Shown here: piece by piece, positions 58,849 to 61,597 of the stretch
How positions within the stretch are numbered: the stretch's first letter is position 1
Layout: each line of letters starts with the position of its first letter
Assembly (NCBI GenBank): GCA_902767275.1
Contig: CACXGY010000006.1
Coordinates: forward strand, 1 to 61,597
Reading direction: 5' to 3'
From: an uncultured bacterium
GTDB lineage: Bacteria > Cyanobacteriota > Vampirovibrionia > Gastranaerophilales > Gastranaerophilaceae
DNA length: 61,597 nt
Made by a program: the position numbers and the translations under genes
The notes under the pieces: generated by a model
Database searches by the model: none
Told to the model about the DNA's origin: nothing
Seen by the model: only the letters and a program-made list of their open reading frames with translations

Positions 58849-60024
58849 GTGTATACTAACGGAATAAACAACTATACAAAAGTTCGAGAGGACAAACCGC
58901 AAATGTCCAGTCAAAACTTTGATTTTGACGGGGAGTCATTCTCTGATTTGATGGATAAAGAACAGCCGGCAGGAAAAGGACTAAGAGAAACCGCACAAGA
59001 ATTAGCAGAAGATGACTCAATTTTATCAACTGATGAAGAAAACAGAGCGATGATAAAGCGTGGTCAACAAGATACAAAAGATGCCGCTCAAAAGCCACAA
59101 TTAGCACAAGAAGCAGATCAGGCACGATTATTAAAACTGATGGATATGTCTAATAAGATAAACATGTCATCAATAAATATAACAAAGAGCAAAAAAGAAC
59201 TTGAAAACACAGTAGGTCCTTCAATAGAAGATAATGACGAACCTGAGGATATAACTTCGATAGTTGCCAAAATGGCTGCTATTCGTGAAGATAACGAAAG
59301 TATTGAAAATGATGATGTTGAAACATCAATAAACATGGAAAAACACCCTGAAGATTTTGACGAGGATGAAAGACGTAATAATTCACAAGTTTTGTATGAA
59401 ACAGAGGAAGAATTACGAGAAGATATGTCTATTTTATCGACAGAAGAAGAAAACCTCGAGATGGCGAGAAGAAATTCAAGGTTAAATACTTTGAGCGATG
59501 AAGATTATAAGACATCAGAAGACGATATGATGTTCTTAAATGAGATAGTTGCATTAAACAATCAAATTCATGTTGAGCAGTCGGATATAGTTGCAAATAC
59601 ACAAAATGTATTAAGTGCATTGATGAATCAAACAAAGACAATGGATAATTTTAACAGAATAAATTTGTCAGAATTATCATCTGATGATGTTGATTACATT
59701 ATAGGAATGCTTCAAAACGGCGGTTCAAACTGTTCAGATTTCAGTGATGATAATAAAGAATTGGCTGTATTATCAGAAAAATTCCTTGCATTATTAAGAG
59801 ATTCAATAATAAATAAAAAAGTTTTCAGAATAGATTTTGACAATCAAATTTCTGTCATTATAAGAATAAGTATAGAAGGAAAGTTAAGTGCAGAATTTTT
59901 AACAAATGATGAAGCAATAGAAACTTACCTAAAGAACAATCTACATGTTTTAAAAGAGAGATTTGAAGCATTAAACGTAGACTATGAAGAACTAACGTAT
60001 AAAAACACTACAAAAGAGAGTTAA
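58849..60024 (+). CDS. FliK-like flagellar hook-length control protein (acidic, divergent)
   Basis: GTG start 9 nt after AGGAG. The C-terminal KVFRIDFDNQISVIIRISIEGKLSAEFLTNDEAIETYLKNNLHVLKERFEAL fits the FliK C-terminal domain pattern. Sits directly upstream of the hook/rod gene. Confidence 0.6.
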   Translation: MYTNGINNYTKVREDKPQMSSQNFDFDGESFSDLMDKEQPAGKGLRETAQELAEDDSILSTDEENRAMIKRGQQDTKDAAQKPQLAQEADQARLLKLMDMSNKINMSSINITKSKKELENTVGPSIEDNDEPEDITSIVAKMAAIREDNESIENDDVETSINMEKHPEDFDEDERRNNSQVLYETEEELREDMSILSTEEENLEMARRNSRLNTLSDEDYKTSEDDMMFLNEIVALNNQIHVEQSDIVANTQNVLSALMNQTKTMDNFNRINLSELSSDDVDYIIGMLQNGGSNCSDFSDDNKELAVLSEKFLALLRDSIINKKVFRIDFDNQISVIIRISIEGKLSAEFLTNDEAIETYLKNNLHVLKERFEALNVDYEELTYKNTTKES

Positions 60025-60046
60025 ATAGAATAAAGGAGAGAATCAG

Positions 60047-60883
60047 ATGTATGATTCGTATACAACCGCGATAAATGCACGTGTCGCAACAACACACTGG
60101 ATGAACACACTAACAGAGAATATGACAAACATGTATTCTCCGGGTTATCGTGAAAACAAAATTAATTTCAACACCTTTTTGGGCGGAGCGGTTGTAGACA
60201 ATCCGTTAAAGAATCAAGGGCAAGGAAAATCAACTCCTGGGACATCTAATGAAAATGTATTCTATGAAGGGAACGGATTTTTCATCACTCGAAATGATCA
60301 AGGGAAAATAATATATACAAGACTCGGAGAATTCACATTTGATTCAGAGGGAGTATATAGAGCAAAGAATGGCGATGCTGTACAAGGATATATCTTGAAC
60401 GACAATGGTGAGATAATGGCAGGTACAAAACGTATAAGTCAGGATTTATACGAAGAAACTGCAATGAAAGGCGGAGCCCTAAGTATTCCAACTACCAATA
60501 TAAAACTATGGATAGACCCAAATAACGGAAAATTTATGGGTAAATACGATGAATATGAAATAAAAGAAGACGGAACTATATATGGAAAAGCAGATAGCGG
60601 AAAACGTTCGGTTCCGTTATACAAAATTGCAACAGCAAATTTCCATAACAATAGCGGATTGTATGAAATAAGTGACGGAAAATTTGTGGAAACAGAAGAA
60701 TCAGGGAAACCGGTAATAGGCAAAGGTCAAATCAGATCAGGCTTATTAGAACAATCCAATGTTGATTTCAAAAGTAATATGAGTGAATATCAACAAGCAA
60801 AAATGCAAATGGAATTAGTAAATGCATTGATTAAATCAAACAAAGAATTGCTTGAAGAAGCAATGAGATTAGTATCATCATAG
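60047..60883 (+). CDS. flagellar hook/basal-body rod family protein (FlgE/FlgG family, short)
   Basis: N-terminal LTENMTNMYSPGYRE (rod motif) and C-terminal GLLEQSNVDFKSNMSEYQQAKMQMELVNALIKSNKELLEEAM. AAGGAG RBS. Confidence 0.8.
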   Translation: MYDSYTTAINARVATTHWMNTLTENMTNMYSPGYRENKINFNTFLGGAVVDNPLKNQGQGKSTPGTSNENVFYEGNGFFITRNDQGKIIYTRLGEFTFDSEGVYRAKNGDAVQGYILNDNGEIMAGTKRISQDLYEETAMKGGALSIPTTNIKLWIDPNNGKFMGKYDEYEIKEDGTIYGKADSGKRSVPLYKIATANFHNNSGLYEISDGKFVETEESGKPVIGKGQIRSGLLEQSNVDFKSNMSEYQQAKMQMELVNALIKSNKELLEEAMRLVSS

Positions 60884-60997
60884 AGGTAATAGATAACCTC
60901 AAAAGAATAGACAATCAGTTAAAAAGTGAAATACTTTTTAAACAGTTGTTGTTCTAAAAAAAGGTAATAAGTTAGTGTTAGTTAAACTCCATTTATC

Positions 60998-61026
60998 GGG
61001 AACAGAGATGTTCCCTTTATTTTTTT
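60998..61026 (+). terminator. intrinsic terminator after the hook/rod gene
   Basis: GGGAACA(60998-61004)/TGTTCCC(61009-61015) stem followed by TTTATTTTTTT. Confidence 0.8.
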
Positions 61027-61030
61027 GCAA

Positions 61031-61063
61031 CACAAAAAGGAATTATACAAATGCATAATTCCT
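61031..61063 (-). terminator. intrinsic terminator of the minus-strand orphan transcript
   Basis: AGGAATTAT(61038-61046)/ATAATTCCT(61055-61063) stem. On the minus strand it is followed by UUUUGUGUU. Confidence 0.6.
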
Positions 61064-61167
61064 CTTTCATAGTCTAGTTTTCAACATCATACAGGTAAAA
61101 TCATTATCTCATACATTTGGACAGGATGTCCCTTATTACACACTACCTATCGGATGTTAGGGTTGCT

Positions 61168-61332
61168 TCACGGTTGGCTGACCCTTTGGTGGTTATAACA
61201 ACATAATTCATCGTGGACACGACAATACACAGGCTGCAATTCACAATGACTAAAACTCATAAGAAAGCCGTGGCAAACAAGTTTAATTGCCGATAAAAAT
61301 AAACTTACGTTAGTAATCAAACCCTTACACAT
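61168..61332 (-). CDS. candidate 54-aa Cys/His-rich small protein (MCKGLITNVSLFLSAIKLVCHGFLMSFSHCELQPVYCRVHDELCCYNHQRVSQP)
   Basis: Below the ORF-track cutoff. GGGGA at 61346-61342 lies 9 nt before ATG 61332. 54 stop-free codons in an AT-rich genome. Mostly A/T-ending codons. Confidence 0.35.
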   Translation of the reverse strand: MCKGLITNVSLFLSAIKLVCHGFLMSFSHCELQPVYCRVHDELCCYNHQRVSQP

Positions 61333-61379
61333 ATAAGAATTTCCCCAATCGTTTTAAAATTTCATTGTACGTTAACATG

Positions 61380-61407
61380 ATTATACGCTTTTTTCAGTGT
61401 TTGTCAA
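61380..61407 (-). promoter_or_regulatory. consensus sigma70-type promoter (minus strand)
   Basis: Read on the minus strand: TTGACA (61407-61402), 16 nt, TATAAT (61385-61380). Confidence 0.6.
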
Positions 61408-61471
61408 ACACTTATTATAAAAATCAGTGTTTATAAGGGTTTGAAGCCTTAACAAAGTTAACAAAGTTTGC

Positions 61472-61499
61472 TTGACAATAAATCTTGTTTTAGTACAAT
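61472..61499 (+). promoter_or_regulatory. consensus-like promoter of tRNA-Glu
   Basis: TTGACA (61472-61477), 16 nt, TACAAT (61494-61499), 16 nt before the tRNA 5' end. Preceded by the 9-bp tandem TTAACAAAG x2 (61449-61466). Confidence 0.65.
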
Positions 61500-61515
61500 A
61501 GACTTATGTTCACAA

Positions 61516-61591
61516 GCCCCCATCGTCTAGAGGCCTAGGACAACACCCTTTCACGGTGTAGACAGCGATTCGAATTCGCTTGGGGGTACCA
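61516..61591 (+). tRNA. tRNA-Glu (anticodon UUC), CCA encoded
   Basis: Cloverleaf by eye: acceptor GCCCCCA/TGGGGGT (G1-U72 wobble), D-arm TCTAGAGGCCTAGGA, anticodon loop CT-TTC-AC (TTC at 61550-61552), T-arm GCGATTCGAATTCGC, then ACCA. Confidence 0.95.
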
Positions 61592-61597
61592 TATAAA

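Larger units (their letters stand above)
61031..61373 (-). other. orphan transcription unit of about 340 nt (structured RNA and/or small-peptide mRNA)
   Basis: Bounded by a consensus minus-strand promoter (61380-61407) and a terminator (61031-61063). Locally GC-enriched. Internal helices at 61133-61147/61188-61201 and 61119-61131. Confidence 0.45.

Noticed and set aside
61031-61373. Identity of the orphan transcript as tmRNA, RNase P RNA, SRP RNA or 6S RNA
   Set aside because: No GGGG..GGAUUCGAC 5' end or T-arm/ACCA 3' end (tmRNA). No GAGGAAAGUCC (RNase P). Only a partial GUCAG..GAAGCA resemblance to SRP domain IV, without a pairable apical GGAA helix. Too long for 6S. Left unclassified.

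Overview
Strongly AT-rich bacterial chromosomal segment, densely coding on both strands. It has one tRNA (tRNA-Glu UUC at the right edge) and no rRNA or CRISPR array. I found no recognisable transposase, integrase, restriction or known defence genes. Most genes are housekeeping: groES/groEL, aspS, recG, lysA, dxs, trxA, rdgB, tlyA, rqcP, an aminotransferase/Lrp pair, a ROK glucokinase, a PfkB kinase, a KDPG aldolase and csaB. There are also signalling genes: cdaA, a CHASE2 class III cyclase, a GAF-GGDEF-HD-GYP protein, an orphan histidine kinase and an ECF sigma/anti-sigma pair. Two separated flagellar loci are present: a fliM/N-fliO-fliP-fliQ-X-fliR export-gate operon at 8-12 kb and a fliK-like plus hook/rod gene at 58.8-60.9 kb. 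Lineage is inference only. A ycf45-like R3H AAA ATPase, translationally coupled lysA-cdaA, a cyanobacterial-looking tRNA-Glu and flagellar genes together suggest a non-photosynthetic cyanobacterial relative (Melainabacteria/Vampirovibrionia-like). I cannot point to one clear-cut new multi-gene system. The best candidates for novelty are: (1) an orphan minus-strand transcription unit at 61.03-61.41 kb, with consensus promoter and terminator, encoding a 54-aa Cys/His-rich peptide and/or a structured RNA; (2) the NifU-like plus GGGtGRT gene pair of unknown function; (3) atypical flagellar export-gate components, namely a secreted pilus-N-like protein between fliQ and fliR and a FliQ with a long C-terminal tail; (4) a tandem-module UvrD-like helicase whose N-terminal module lacks a Walker A motif; (5) several lineage-specific proteins, including a coiled-coil protein with a papain-like C-terminus, a glycine-zipper protein, a 538-aa coiled-coil protein, and an NTase plus HExxH pair. 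All functional calls come from motif recognition by eye. No searches were run.
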